Positions 1-9,859 of a stretch of 64,000 nt of DNA are shown here, one piece after another. The notes beneath the pieces are model-generated. The model worked only from the letters and a program-made list of their open reading frames with translations. It did not search any database and was not told where the DNA came from. Source of the stretch: a virus (Duplodnaviria > Caudoviricetes); IMG/VR virus record IMGVR_UViG_3300042291_000844, positions 64,001 through 128,000 of that record; one strand, 5' to 3'. Within the stretch, counting starts at the first letter, position 1, and every line of letters begins with the position of its first letter. Position numbers and translations under genes: made by a program.

Positions 1-536
1 ATAACAATACATTGCATTGGATTGTGAATTTGGTTTGAAAAGAAATCACAAAGAGTTTCACAATAACGTTTCATCCAACCAACTGCTTTATATACCGGTA
101 CAATTGATGGAGTTTGAATTTCCATGTCTTCCGTACAAGGTACATCTCCCATATCAGGATATGTTGTGTTTGATGATATAAAGATAAATTTCTTTACTGA
201 ATTAATCCAAGCCTGTTCCATCAGATTGACGTTCATTTCAATATTTGGAGTAACGTGTAATAGTGGATTAAACTTAGTATCTAATGCGTTTGATGTATTC
301 GCTGCACAATGGAATATTACATCAACTCCAATTGTAAGGGTTTTACACATACCATCATTTCGTAAATTTGCTTTGACAAATTCTATATTTTCAGAACCTT
401 CGAAATCATTTCTTAATGGTCTAGTGTTTGCGGTTGCTCTTAAATTTGTGTAACCTTGTTCATATAAACTTTTTAATAATCTAGAACCAATAAATCCACT
501 TGCACCAGTTACTAAAATTTTGTCTGTTTTTTTCAT
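1..536 (-). CDS. NAD-dependent sugar epimerase/dehydratase (extended SDR), 3' end truncated by window edge
   Basis: Not in ORF track. My translation from ATG at 536: MKKTDKILVTGASGFIGSRLL...VDVIFHCAAN...FIFISSNTTY...YKAVGWMKRY; GxxGxxG motif; frame open to position 1. Confidence 0.9.
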   Translation of the reverse strand, partial: MKKTDKILVTGASGFIGSRLLKSLYEQGYTNLRATANTRPLRNDFEGSENIEFVKANLRNDGMCKTLTIGVDVIFHCAANTSNALDTKFNPLLHVTPNIEMNVNLMEQAWINSVKKFIFISSNTTYPDMGDVPCTEDMEIQTPSIVPVYKAVGWMKRYCETLCDFFSNQIHNPMQCIV

Positions 537-540
537 ATTT

Positions 541-1506
541 CTATTTTTTGTATTCGTTTAAATAATAATCAATCGTATGTCTTAATCCTGTCTTTAAGGA
601 TATTTTTTGTTTAATTCCAAAAGATTCTGCTCTTTCGGTACTCATCAATCTTTTCTCATCACCATTTGGTTTTGTTGGGTCCCAATTTATTTCAACTTTT
701 TCACCATACATCTCTTCGTATATTTCTACAAGAGTTTCTGCAAGTTCTTTGATTGTCACACCCGTTCCACTACCTAAATTTATTGGTTGTGTTAGTTTTT
801 GTTCGTAGGCCTGAATAATTCCATCGGCAACATCTCCTGCATAGATAAAATCTCTAATTGGAGACCCATCTCCCCAACATACTAATGGATGTTCTTTTTC
901 ACCAAATAATCTTTTGATTAGGGATGCGATGACGGTAGATTCTGGACTAAAGTTATCGTGTCTACCATAAATGTTTGCTGGTCTTACAATTGATACTTTA
1001 TTCCAATCGTATGATACTGAATATACTTCTGCTTGAAGTTCTCCAAGTCTCTTAGCCCATCCTGCGTATTTATCTTTTTCTGATGGGAACGTTTTCCAAA
1101 CATCATCTTCATAAAATACTTCCGCCGGTTGATATACTCCAACTGTCGATGTGTAAACATACCATTCTACATTTTCTAAACGTGCAGCTTCCATCATATT
1201 AGTGTTAAACTGCAACATTGGTACAAAATAATCTGCGGGTTGTTCTGCTGCTCGTTTTGGTGAACCCTTCACACCTGCTATATGGAAAATTATATCCTGT
1301 CCTTCAACTACTCTTTTACAATTTTTGAATTCACGCAAATCAGCTTTAATAAACTGATAGTTATCCACATTGTATTTTTCTAATTGATTTTCAGGAGTGT
1401 TAATATCCACTGCGGTTACAAATGCTCCTCTTTGAATACATTTATCAACCATGTAATTACCAACTAATCCGTTGGCACCTGTAATTAAAACCTTTTTACC
1501 ATTCAT
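541..1506 (-). CDS. NAD-dependent epimerase/reductase, GDP-L-fucose synthase (WcaG/Fcl)-like SDR
   Basis: VLITGANGLVG, YAGWAKRLGE (YxxxK-like), RPANIYG, VCWGDGSPIRDFIYAGD, INLGSG. Confidence 0.85.
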   Translation of the reverse strand: MNGKKVLITGANGLVGNYMVDKCIQRGAFVTAVDINTPENQLEKYNVDNYQFIKADLREFKNCKRVVEGQDIIFHIAGVKGSPKRAAEQPADYFVPMLQFNTNMMEAARLENVEWYVYTSTVGVYQPAEVFYEDDVWKTFPSEKDKYAGWAKRLGELQAEVYSVSYDWNKVSIVRPANIYGRHDNFSPESTVIASLIKRLFGEKEHPLVCWGDGSPIRDFIYAGDVADGIIQAYEQKLTQPINLGSGTGVTIKELAETLVEIYEEMYGEKVEINWDPTKPNGDEKRLMSTERAESFGIKQKISLKTGLRHTIDYYLNEYKK

Positions 1507-2653
1507 TTTCTATGTTTTTTAATATTTTATCTAAACTATTGATTTCTAATTTGTTCCAAATTTCTCTATTATATATACATATATCTTTTAAATTTTTGTA
1601 TAATTCATTTAACTCAATAATACTCTTTTCATTCAATTTTCTAACTAATTGTAATAATGTAAAAAATCTTTCTTGTGAATTTTCTATATCATCATAACTT
1701 TCATCCCAAAAATCAGAGAAAGTTTTAAAACCATAGGTTTTTAAATGTTTTAAATACCCATATCCGGCAAAAACTATGAATGGTTGATAATTTAATATTG
1801 GTTTTAATATTTTTTCGGAAACAAATAATTCATTTTGTTCAAATGATGATTCGGTTACCAAATTTATACATGAATCTAAAAATAATTCTTTTTTAAAGGT
1901 GTCATTTACTCTAAAATTGCATTTATCTAATATTTTATGGGTATCCAACTCTATTGGTAATTTACTATTAAAAAAATCAATATCTATTTGTTCTTTTTTA
2001 TCATTATCATGCTCAGTACCATAAATTCTAGCATAACCTTCGGTTTTTAATAAAAAAGTAAAATACGAATCAGAATAATTTCCAGTAAGATATTCATTTA
2101 ATAAAGATATTCTATGTTCTTTGTCTAATGCCCTATTAAAACAAATAAATTTTTTATGTCTATATGTTTCTAATTCATTTAATTGTATTTCTTTACTTAT
2201 ATATCCTAAATCATTATTAGCATCTCTAAAATATTGATTCCTATTCCATGTAGACTCTTCTAAAAAGAAATCAAATGATAAGATACCTTCCAATCGTCTA
2301 TTACTATCAATTAAATGGTATTTATTACTTGGTAATTTTGTTTTTATATATTCAAATCCTTCGATGAAACTGCTTATATTGCATGGGTCGGGTATCGAAG
2401 TAAATAATAATTTTACATCATTGTTTTTTATAAAATCATATACACTATCTGGTATGTTTAATAGGGTTTGAAATTTTTGAGTGCCCTCAATCAATAGTAT
2501 ATTTCTATAACCTATCTTTAATTCAGAATTTATAGTGTAAGAATAATTTTTACTTTGAGTATAATTAAAAATTGGGCCTTGCATTGCATAACTTTCATCT
2601 CCATTATACTCATAGGTATTCTTTAAGAATACAAAATTTAAAATACTACCCAT
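1496..2653 (-). CDS. Uncharacterised glycosyltransferase-like protein (paralogue A of three in window)
   Basis: C-terminal INLVTES...VSEKILKPILNYQPFIVFAG..YLKHLKTYGFKTFSDFWDESYD motif shared with 4802..6229 and 28738..29877; lies in glycan island; GT-B-like C-terminal half is inference. Confidence 0.5.
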   Translation of the reverse strand: MGSILNFVFLKNTYEYNGDESYAMQGPIFNYTQSKNYSYTINSELKIGYRNILLIEGTQKFQTLLNIPDSVYDFIKNNDVKLLFTSIPDPCNISSFIEGFEYIKTKLPSNKYHLIDSNRRLEGILSFDFFLEESTWNRNQYFRDANNDLGYISKEIQLNELETYRHKKFICFNRALDKEHRISLLNEYLTGNYSDSYFTFLLKTEGYARIYGTEHDNDKKEQIDIDFFNSKLPIELDTHKILDKCNFRVNDTFKKELFLDSCINLVTESSFEQNELFVSEKILKPILNYQPFIVFAGYGYLKHLKTYGFKTFSDFWDESYDDIENSQERFFTLLQLVRKLNEKSIIELNELYKNLKDICIYNREIWNKLEINSLDKILKNIENEW

Positions 2654-3276
2654 TTTCCTGTTCCATAATGTGGATATTTTGATTTATATTTATAATAGAT
2701 AACATCTTCTGGTATTTCTCTCTGAATTTCCCCCCAAGTGTGTGATGTCGGTGTATTTGTAGAAACTTCATTATCTTCAACTACAAAATAAAGAGGTAAG
2801 TTGTGATTTCTAGCGTATTTATGTACCTCATAAAAAATTCCAGTCTCAAAAGTCATATCACCAATGAAACACCACACCTTTTTATCTTCACCTTTTAGTT
2901 TAATTGATTTAGCAACACCCAATGCAATAGGTAAAATCCCCGTTACAATGGCTGAAGAGTAAAAATTACACTTTTTATTTACAATTGTTATACTTCGACC
3001 ATCTAAAATCTCATCTTTTAACCAAGATTCATCAATCCCATGCAAAAGTGCATGATAATGAGACCGCCAAGTAGAAAATACCCAATCATCTATACCTACT
3101 TTTTTGAATATTTCTATTAACTCATCCTCATTTCCATTTGATAAATGTATTGGGCCGTGGATATCTCCTGCTTCCCAATGTTTAATGATATCGTCTTCAA
3201 ATCCAATGAGTTGTTCTTTTGTAAGATTACCATCAAGCCAACGGTCTTCGTGATAATTCAAATTTTTAATTTCCAT
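2638..3276 (-). CDS. ThDP-dependent enzyme, pyruvate dehydrogenase E1-alpha/transketolase N-terminal-like subunit
   Basis: GPIHLSNG, TWRSHYHAL, ILPIALGVA, FIGDMTFETGIFYE...VEDN (GD..G...N ThDP-binding motif). Confidence 0.8.
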   Translation of the reverse strand: MEIKNLNYHEDRWLDGNLTKEQLIGFEDDIIKHWEAGDIHGPIHLSNGNEDELIEIFKKVGIDDWVFSTWRSHYHALLHGIDESWLKDEILDGRSITIVNKKCNFYSSAIVTGILPIALGVAKSIKLKGEDKKVWCFIGDMTFETGIFYEVHKYARNHNLPLYFVVEDNEVSTNTPTSHTWGEIQREIPEDVIYYKYKSKYPHYGTGKWVVF

Positions 3277-3850
3277 TTTTATCTCTATTTGAAAGTATTG
3301 GTTGTGCTACGGGCCATTCAACATTAAATCGTTTATCGTTAAACACTATTGTTTTTTGTTTATTCTCATCGTTATATTCACCTTCATATGCCATTTTGTA
3401 AAAAAAGATAGAATTATCCTCCATCACATAATGACCATTAGCAAACATTGGTGGAATTAGAACTTGAGTACCAGTTTCCGGTGAAATTATAAAAGATTCC
3501 CATTTACCATAAGTTGGTGAGTTTGGTCTAACATCCATTACAACCAAATATATACGACCATGCAGACAACTTACTAATTTCCAAGTCTTTTCATCATAGT
3601 GCATTCCTCTCAATACACCTACCTTTGATTTTGAGAACCTATCATGCTTAAATTCTAACCCATTGTTGCGTTCAGCGGCGGGCAACAAACGGTCATAATA
3701 CTCTGAGTGATAAGTTGTAGAGATTGAACCTCTATATTCGTAATACGTGGATGGTTGTACGATTTTTATCTCTGGTAATACCAATCCATTGTAATAGTGA
3801 AAATCATTCCACTCTCGTTCCTTATAAAATATACTACGTCCTGTTGCCAT
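3266..3850 (-). CDS. rmlC: dTDP-4-dehydrorhamnose 3,5-epimerase family (cupin)
   Basis: SKSKVGVLRGMHY, KLVSCLHGRIYLVVMDVRPNSPTYGKW, LIPPMFANGHY. Confidence 0.85.
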   Translation of the reverse strand: MATGRSIFYKEREWNDFHYYNGLVLPEIKIVQPSTYYEYRGSISTTYHSEYYDRLLPAAERNNGLEFKHDRFSKSKVGVLRGMHYDEKTWKLVSCLHGRIYLVVMDVRPNSPTYGKWESFIISPETGTQVLIPPMFANGHYVMEDNSIFFYKMAYEGEYNDENKQKTIVFNDKRFNVEWPVAQPILSNRDKNGN

Positions 3851-4805
3851 AACTTAAAGGGAATCCATTTCTATATTTTGAAGATAAGTCTTGGATTAAA
3901 ATTTTATATGTTTTTATTAATTCTATGATTCCATCATCTAAACTATATTGGGGAGTCCAACCTAATGATTCTAATTTAGCATTGGAAACAATATAATCTC
4001 TTTTATCGGGGTCTTCATAATAATCCGAATATGTGATTGCAAAATCAGGTACATATTCTTTGATTTTTTCTACTAATTGTTGTTTTGATAAATTAGCGTT
4101 TGAAAGGCCCACATTAAATACGTCTCCTTTTAATTTTTCATAATTTTCTATCATATACACAAATGTATTTGCAACATCTCTGATATGAATGTAGTTTCTT
4201 ATGAAATTTTTCTCAAAAATGGTGATGTACTTATCAGTTAATGCTTTGTAAACAAATTCATTAACAAGTAAGTCCATTCTCATACGTGGTGATGAACCAA
4301 AGACGGTGGCAAGTCTAATTGAAATACCACCATAGTTTAATACTTCTCTCTCAGCATTAACTTTGGTTACACCATAATGAGAAATGGGGTTTAGTGGACT
4401 CTCTTCAGTACACTCACCATTCTCTCCTATCCCATACCCACTATTTGTGTTGGGGTATATAATCTTTTTATTAGAATCTTTTATTCTATCACATATAAAT
4501 TGTACATGAGTATAATTTACTGCAGTAGCAAGGTCTTTATCTCTATCACAAGCCGGAAATCCTACGATTGCTGCTAGAGGAATTATTACATCTGCCTCAT
4601 CAACATATTTTGAAAGTTTTTCCTGGTCTCTAACATCACCATAAATGAATTCAAAGTTCTTTCTCCAACTATAATGTATTAATGATGTTTGGTTATACAT
4701 TAAATTATCATAAACTGTAAGTTTAGTAATTCCACCATTATTAAATAACCTCTCAATTAATACCGAACCTAAATAGCCTGCACCACCTGTAATTAAAACA
4801 TTCAT
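3834..4805 (-). CDS. NAD-dependent sugar epimerase/dehydratase (extended SDR)
   Basis: VLITGGAGYLGS, GDVRD, PISHYGVTK (YxxxK), IRLATVFG, RNYIHIRD. Confidence 0.9.
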   Translation of the reverse strand: MNVLITGGAGYLGSVLIERLFNNGGITKLTVYDNLMYNQTSLIHYSWRKNFEFIYGDVRDQEKLSKYVDEADVIIPLAAIVGFPACDRDKDLATAVNYTHVQFICDRIKDSNKKIIYPNTNSGYGIGENGECTEESPLNPISHYGVTKVNAEREVLNYGGISIRLATVFGSSPRMRMDLLVNEFVYKALTDKYITIFEKNFIRNYIHIRDVANTFVYMIENYEKLKGDVFNVGLSNANLSKQQLVEKIKEYVPDFAITYSDYYEDPDKRDYIVSNAKLESLGWTPQYSLDDGIIELIKTYKILIQDLSSKYRNGFPLSYGNRT

Positions 4806-6229
4806 ATTAAATCTATTAAATTGTTTCTAAACATATTTTCATTTCTATTATTATTATAAAAAGAATGTAATAATTTTTTGTTAAAAATTAATATATCTTC
4901 CATATTTTTAATCATTTCAATCATTTCTTCTTGTGATTTATTACAAAGTTTTTTAACTTCGTTTATAATCATATCACATCTTAATTTAAAATTAGTTTCA
5001 TTATCATAACTTTCATCCCAAAAATTAGAAAAAGTTTTAAAACCTAAATCTTGTAAATATTTTAAACTATATGGTGAACCTACAATGAAAAATGGATGTA
5101 AATTCATAATTGGTTTTGTAGTCTTTTCGGTTATAAACAAATAACTTTTTTCAGCATTAGTTTCACCAATAATTGAAAAAAATGTTTCTTCATATTCTTT
5201 TTTTCTACTTAAATAATTATGAAACCAAGCAATTGTATCACCATCTTCTTCATCAATTGTTAGTGGATAATATTGTTTGTATGTTTCTTTTAAATCATTA
5301 AAATCCGATTTAGTTAAATCTAATTCTGGAACTGATTCATCTATTTTTTTAATATATTCTTCAAATTCTTCATTTTTAATTAAAGAAATATATCCATCAT
5401 CTAATAAATTATTTTCAAATAACAATTTTACAAACCAGGGGCGATGTAATCTTGATGTATTTCTATTATACATTAAAAACCGCTTGGGTTTTGGTTCTAA
5501 TTTTAATTCTGATTGTAAAGAATAGATATATTCCTTTGAAACAATTTCTTTATTTTTAGTTGCTCTTAATTCTGAGATAAATTTACCAGATTCATTTATA
5601 TAACTATCATTACAAAATGTACTGATTCTTTTAATGCCGTTTGGGTTTAATGTACTATTATTAACGTTTTCAATTAATCCATTGACCGTACTTATAATAA
5701 CTTTGTTTATATGCGATATTGAATTTCTATCTAAAAATTCATTTATTTTTTTAAAAAATTCAATATTATGCTCATATGAACCTTCCCATATATCAACAAA
5801 CATTATTTTAAAATTTGGATACTTCTTAACTAAATTTAATAATTTTGAAGATATCATATTTTCAATTTTATTATTTTCATTTCCATAATACTCAAATAAA
5901 ACTTGAGTTGAAAATGATTCAAAACATAATAAATAAATTTCATCTTCATTTATTGTTTCATCGTTTAAATCATTAACTAATATATGGTTTAAATGTCTGC
6001 CTCTTTCATATAATTTAATTGGATAACTACTATTTCTTTTATGATACGTTGCAGGGTCGTTTGATGAATTAACTATAATTACATAATCCTCATCTCTAAG
6101 TGTTTCTATACTATCAAGGGCATTAATTGGAAATGTATATTTGTTATAACCCAATGGTAAAAATCCATTTGGAGTTTTAAACTCATACACAAAATTAATA
6201 TTTGTTTTTATTAATTGCTGTCCATCCAT
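4802..6229 (-). CDS. Uncharacterised glycosyltransferase-like protein (paralogue B)
   Basis: SIIGET...ITEKTTKPIMNLHPFFIVGSPYSLKYLQDLGFKTFSNFWDESYD motif. Confidence 0.5.
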   Translation of the reverse strand: MDGQQLIKTNINFVYEFKTPNGFLPLGYNKYTFPINALDSIETLRDEDYVIIVNSSNDPATYHKRNSSYPIKLYERGRHLNHILVNDLNDETINEDEIYLLCFESFSTQVLFEYYGNENNKIENMISSKLLNLVKKYPNFKIMFVDIWEGSYEHNIEFFKKINEFLDRNSISHINKVIISTVNGLIENVNNSTLNPNGIKRISTFCNDSYINESGKFISELRATKNKEIVSKEYIYSLQSELKLEPKPKRFLMYNRNTSRLHRPWFVKLLFENNLLDDGYISLIKNEEFEEYIKKIDESVPELDLTKSDFNDLKETYKQYYPLTIDEEDGDTIAWFHNYLSRKKEYEETFFSIIGETNAEKSYLFITEKTTKPIMNLHPFFIVGSPYSLKYLQDLGFKTFSNFWDESYDNETNFKLRCDMIINEVKKLCNKSQEEMIEMIKNMEDILIFNKKLLHSFYNNNRNENMFRNNLIDLI

Positions 6230-6933
6230 TCTTTATCGTATTTATTTAAATTATTACCATTATTGGTAATATCTAAAATTTTGTATGGAGTTGTTTCATT
6301 AAAATCATAATAAGCAACAGGTTTGTGTTCTGGTATTATTATCTTAGCAAAAGCATCTTTAATTTCATAATCTGTTAAATATTTTTGATATACTCCAATT
6401 AATTTATATTCACCAAAAAAATGATGTCTATGTTCTATTGATGAATTTTCTAATGGGTTTGCACATCCAATCCATAACCAAGATGAATTATAATCTATTA
6501 ATTTATTTGGAACATCAATTATTTTTTTACGGTCGTTTACAATTAATTGTAATTTTTGATTAATAATATCATATGAAAAAACTAAATTAATATATTCATC
6601 ACTAATATCAGGTGTATTTATAACATCATTCAATGGTATAACAATTTGACATATACCTTTTTCTTCTGGTGTTTCTGTTTCAACCCAAACTGCACCTTTA
6701 ACAATTCTAAAATTATCACCGGTTTTAGCAACTGATATACCTAAATGTTTTCCATTTTTTATCATTACTGCGGCTTCTTGTGTATTTGAGTTTTCTTGCA
6801 ATTTACTCCAATCTACCTTTATTTGACATAAAAATGTAAAATCACTATTAGTAAGATGTCTTGATGATACCTTACTTAATCCATATCTACTTGTAGGTGG
6901 GACGAACCAAACTGAATCTCCATTTATAATCAT
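6211..6933 (-). CDS. Stand-alone LamG/concanavalin-A-like lectin domain protein
   Basis: DFTFLCQIK, INLVFSYD...LQLIVND, LWIGCAN...FFGEYKLIGVY...LTDYEI, VAYYDFNE...ILDITNNGNNL pattern. Confidence 0.6.
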   Translation of the reverse strand: MIINGDSVWFVPPTSRYGLSKVSSRHLTNSDFTFLCQIKVDWSKLQENSNTQEAAVMIKNGKHLGISVAKTGDNFRIVKGAVWVETETPEEKGICQIVIPLNDVINTPDISDEYINLVFSYDIINQKLQLIVNDRKKIIDVPNKLIDYNSSWLWIGCANPLENSSIEHRHHFFGEYKLIGVYQKYLTDYEIKDAFAKIIIPEHKPVAYYDFNETTPYKILDITNNGNNLNKYDKEWMDSN

Positions 6934-8375
6934 AATTTAATTGTTTTAGTAAATTCATAAAAATCAGCTAATTCTGGAAATATTTTTTTAAAATCTGTTC
7001 CTCTACGTTTATCGTGCTCTTCAAAATATTTTCCAAAATTATATCGTTGTTCAAATAATTTTTTATCATCAATTGGTGCAATCATCCAATCATATGTTCT
7101 TTTAATTTTTTGAATTTCTATATCAGAATATCCAATATATTTGTTTTCAAATAAAGGTACTGATAAAAAATCTGCTCGTTGTGCTTGTTTAAAAATTAAA
7201 TCAGCAAAATCATACGGAAGAACTTGAATTGTTTGATGGGTTGGATATCTTAAATAAGATGTATCTAAAAATACAGCAGATTGCCAATATCTATCAGCCG
7301 AACCATAATTCTTTTTTAAATCATATACCCCATCAATTAATTTATGGTAGTTTGGAACTGATAACGCGTTATACGTTGTCATAAATGTAAGATTTACTCT
7401 TGGACACTTTGTTAATATTTTATTTACATTATCCCAAAATCTATTAAATTCTAATCCATGTCTAATATATTCAGCTTGTTCTCCCCAACTATCACATGAT
7501 GTAAAAATAATAAATTCTCTAACTCTATTTTCATCACAAATTTTATTTACCTTGTCAATAAATTTATCTATTAATTTATCAGGTACGCCTAAATTTGAAT
7601 TAATTGCAAGTTGTAAATTTCTATTTGGGTCTGAGTGGTCTATTATATAATCTAATACATCCCACGTATCTTTTGACATTAAGGGTTCACCTCCGGTAAT
7701 TCTGAATGTATGCAAATCCTTATACAAATCAGGCCACCATTTCCAAAACGCATCAACATAGGGATTTAATTCACTATGTTTTATTGGCATTTTGTTTTCT
7801 GATTTGTTATATTCTAATGAATTAAATCCGTCAGTTGTTGGATAAGCTCCAAACTCTTCAATTTCTTCCATCCATTTTGATGAAAATGCAGGTGCACAAT
7901 ATGAACACTTAAAATTACAAGCGTTTGAAAATGCTACTTCTACATATTTTGGATTATAATCATCTCTCCAATCAGAATTTTTAATTTCATCCATAAATGG
8001 ATAAGACCAACTTTCTGCAGATTTAAATGTTCTATCGGAAAATCTATCTGAGTTATCCTCTACTCCCCAACAATAATCACACTCCGAAGGACGTTGCCCC
8101 TCTAACATCTCTTTTCTTCGTCTTTTCTTATATTGGGTATTATGTAATGCAGATGGGTTTCGTGCAATTTCTTTTGTAGGAATTGGGTGTGTACGGGGGT
8201 GATGACATGAATGAGTATGACCCAATTGTAAGTGTAATGTAGTTTGTGTCCATTTAGCCAAACACATACCATTTCCCGTTTCGTTTAATTTCTCTCTAAC
8301 CCCTAAATAAAATGGGTTTTCGCCAGTTAATGAATTTTTAAGTTCCGTTGATTTTATATTTTCTTCTTCTGCCAT
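6930..8375 (-). CDS. Radical SAM protein with N-terminal SPASM/twitch-like Cys cluster
   Basis: CNFKCSYC (CxxxCxxC), ITGGEPL; N-terminal CLAKW...SCHH...CDYCW. Confidence 0.9.
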   Translation of the reverse strand: MAEEENIKSTELKNSLTGENPFYLGVREKLNETGNGMCLAKWTQTTLHLQLGHTHSCHHPRTHPIPTKEIARNPSALHNTQYKKRRRKEMLEGQRPSECDYCWGVEDNSDRFSDRTFKSAESWSYPFMDEIKNSDWRDDYNPKYVEVAFSNACNFKCSYCAPAFSSKWMEEIEEFGAYPTTDGFNSLEYNKSENKMPIKHSELNPYVDAFWKWWPDLYKDLHTFRITGGEPLMSKDTWDVLDYIIDHSDPNRNLQLAINSNLGVPDKLIDKFIDKVNKICDENRVREFIIFTSCDSWGEQAEYIRHGLEFNRFWDNVNKILTKCPRVNLTFMTTYNALSVPNYHKLIDGVYDLKKNYGSADRYWQSAVFLDTSYLRYPTHQTIQVLPYDFADLIFKQAQRADFLSVPLFENKYIGYSDIEIQKIKRTYDWMIAPIDDKKLFEQRYNFGKYFEEHDKRRGTDFKKIFPELADFYEFTKTIKL

Positions 8376-8401
8376 AACTTCGTTTTGTATATTTATATAT
8401 A

Positions 8402-9859
8402 TTACAATTTTACATTTACTAACTTTGCTTTGGGGGATATTTCATCGATACTCACCAACTCATATTTTAATTGAGCAATACCATCTGATTTATAATCCCA
8501 AATACCTTGTTGCATTTGTAAAACATATCTTTTTTCGTTTCGTGCAGTTGTTTCTCCCTTTGCCCATTTATCAACTCCACCTACTTTAATCAATCCTTCA
8601 TCTTGATGTGGTAAACAACGTAATCTACCTTGTCTTCTAAATGGAATAATTGTATATGGGATTTTAATTTGGTCTGATTTAAGTTCGCATCGTTTTATTT
8701 CGCCATTTATATTATTTCCAGATAAATCAGTTGCAATTCTAGCATCAATTTCATTATTAAAATCATAATGTAATACTAATCCATTTTTTGGTAATTCATT
8801 TTGTAAATTTTCAACTTCTTCTTTTTCTAATTTACGATTCCACATCATAATCTTTGCTATATCACCTTTAAACCATTTGTTGGGTTCGTTTCTACCAACT
8901 GAAGTAGTTGTTCCAATATAGTAATCATCTAAACCATAACTCTTTAAACGATTATCATAATGAAGTGGTGATGTTGTACCAGTTCCATGTCTTGCATCTG
9001 ATTCTTTTCCATTTAAATAGAAATGAATATTTTGATTTACGGAATCAACTGATAGGGTTACCCAACTCCATTGATTTTCATAACGTTTTATCCATTGATA
9101 TAAGTGATTTTGCTCACTATCCCATAATTGTGCAGTATATGCTCTACTATTATTATAAGAAATTCCATAATCAAACCCTGGTCTTCTTATAATTGGATAT
9201 TCGCAGAATCTTCTATCATCATCACCTATTAACCAAATGGGAACTTTTTCTTCTTGTTGATTTGCTCTAACTAAAACTGATATTGTATGAGAACGTGATG
9301 TTAAATTTCGAAGTGTATTATTTTTTTCAATTTTAATATAAGATGCTTTACCATTAAAATGTAAATAATTTTGAATAGTAGTATTATAATTCATATATGA
9401 ATCATTAGCATATCCTTCTAATACACATCTCCAAAAAAGGTCATCATCTTCCATTCCCCAATCCCAATAATCATTTGAATACCCATTGGTTTTCTCTACT
9501 TGTTCTTTTGAAAAAATGACTGCACCCCCAAAGTACTCTTCATACTTTAGTTTATAATCCATTTGAGATATATTAGTAGCAATGTGAATTGGGGTTTCAC
9601 TTGGAAATGAGTAATCACATCCTTCTTCGGGTATCATATCAATATCATGCCAAACTATATAATCACACCCATCTTCAAACGCGTATTTAGCTGCAACATT
9701 TTTCATTGCACCTCTATTAAACAGCTTATCATCAACTTGATGTCCAAAGTAAATACAATAATCAATACCTTGTTCTTCAAGATACTTTCCTATTGCTGGA
9801 ATAAACTCTTTTAAATGAGTTTCTCTATTTCGATATGGTACACATACTCCTAATTTCAT
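8402..9859 (-). CDS. GT7 (beta-1,4-galactosyltransferase-like) with inserted LamG domain
   Basis: VPYRNR, FNRGAMKN, HDID, YFGG, NGYSNDYWDWGMEDDD; then LamG (YYIG...WFKGDIAKIMMWNR.L...LHYDF); GT7-like tail YKSDGIAQLKY. Confidence 0.85.
   Translation of the reverse strand: MKLGVCVPYRNRETHLKEFIPAIGKYLEEQGIDYCIYFGHQVDDKLFNRGAMKNVAAKYAFEDGCDYIVWHDIDMIPEEGCDYSFPSETPIHIATNISQMDYKLKYEEYFGGAVIFSKEQVEKTNGYSNDYWDWGMEDDDLFWRCVLEGYANDSYMNYNTTIQNYLHFNGKASYIKIEKNNTLRNLTSRSHTISVLVRANQQEEKVPIWLIGDDDRRFCEYPIIRRPGFDYGISYNNSRAYTAQLWDSEQNHLYQWIKRYENQWSWVTLSVDSVNQNIHFYLNGKESDARHGTGTTSPLHYDNRLKSYGLDDYYIGTTTSVGRNEPNKWFKGDIAKIMMWNRKLEKEEVENLQNELPKNGLVLHYDFNNEIDARIATDLSGNNINGEIKRCELKSDQIKIPYTIIPFRRQGRLRCLPHQDEGLIKVGGVDKWAKGETTARNEKRYVLQMQQGIWDYKSDGIAQLKYELVSIDEISPKAKLVNVKL

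Noticed and set aside
8389-8397. ATATTTATA on the plus strand (possible antisense promoter into GT7 gene)
   Set aside because: No downstream plus-strand ORF; a few chance hits are expected in AT-rich DNA
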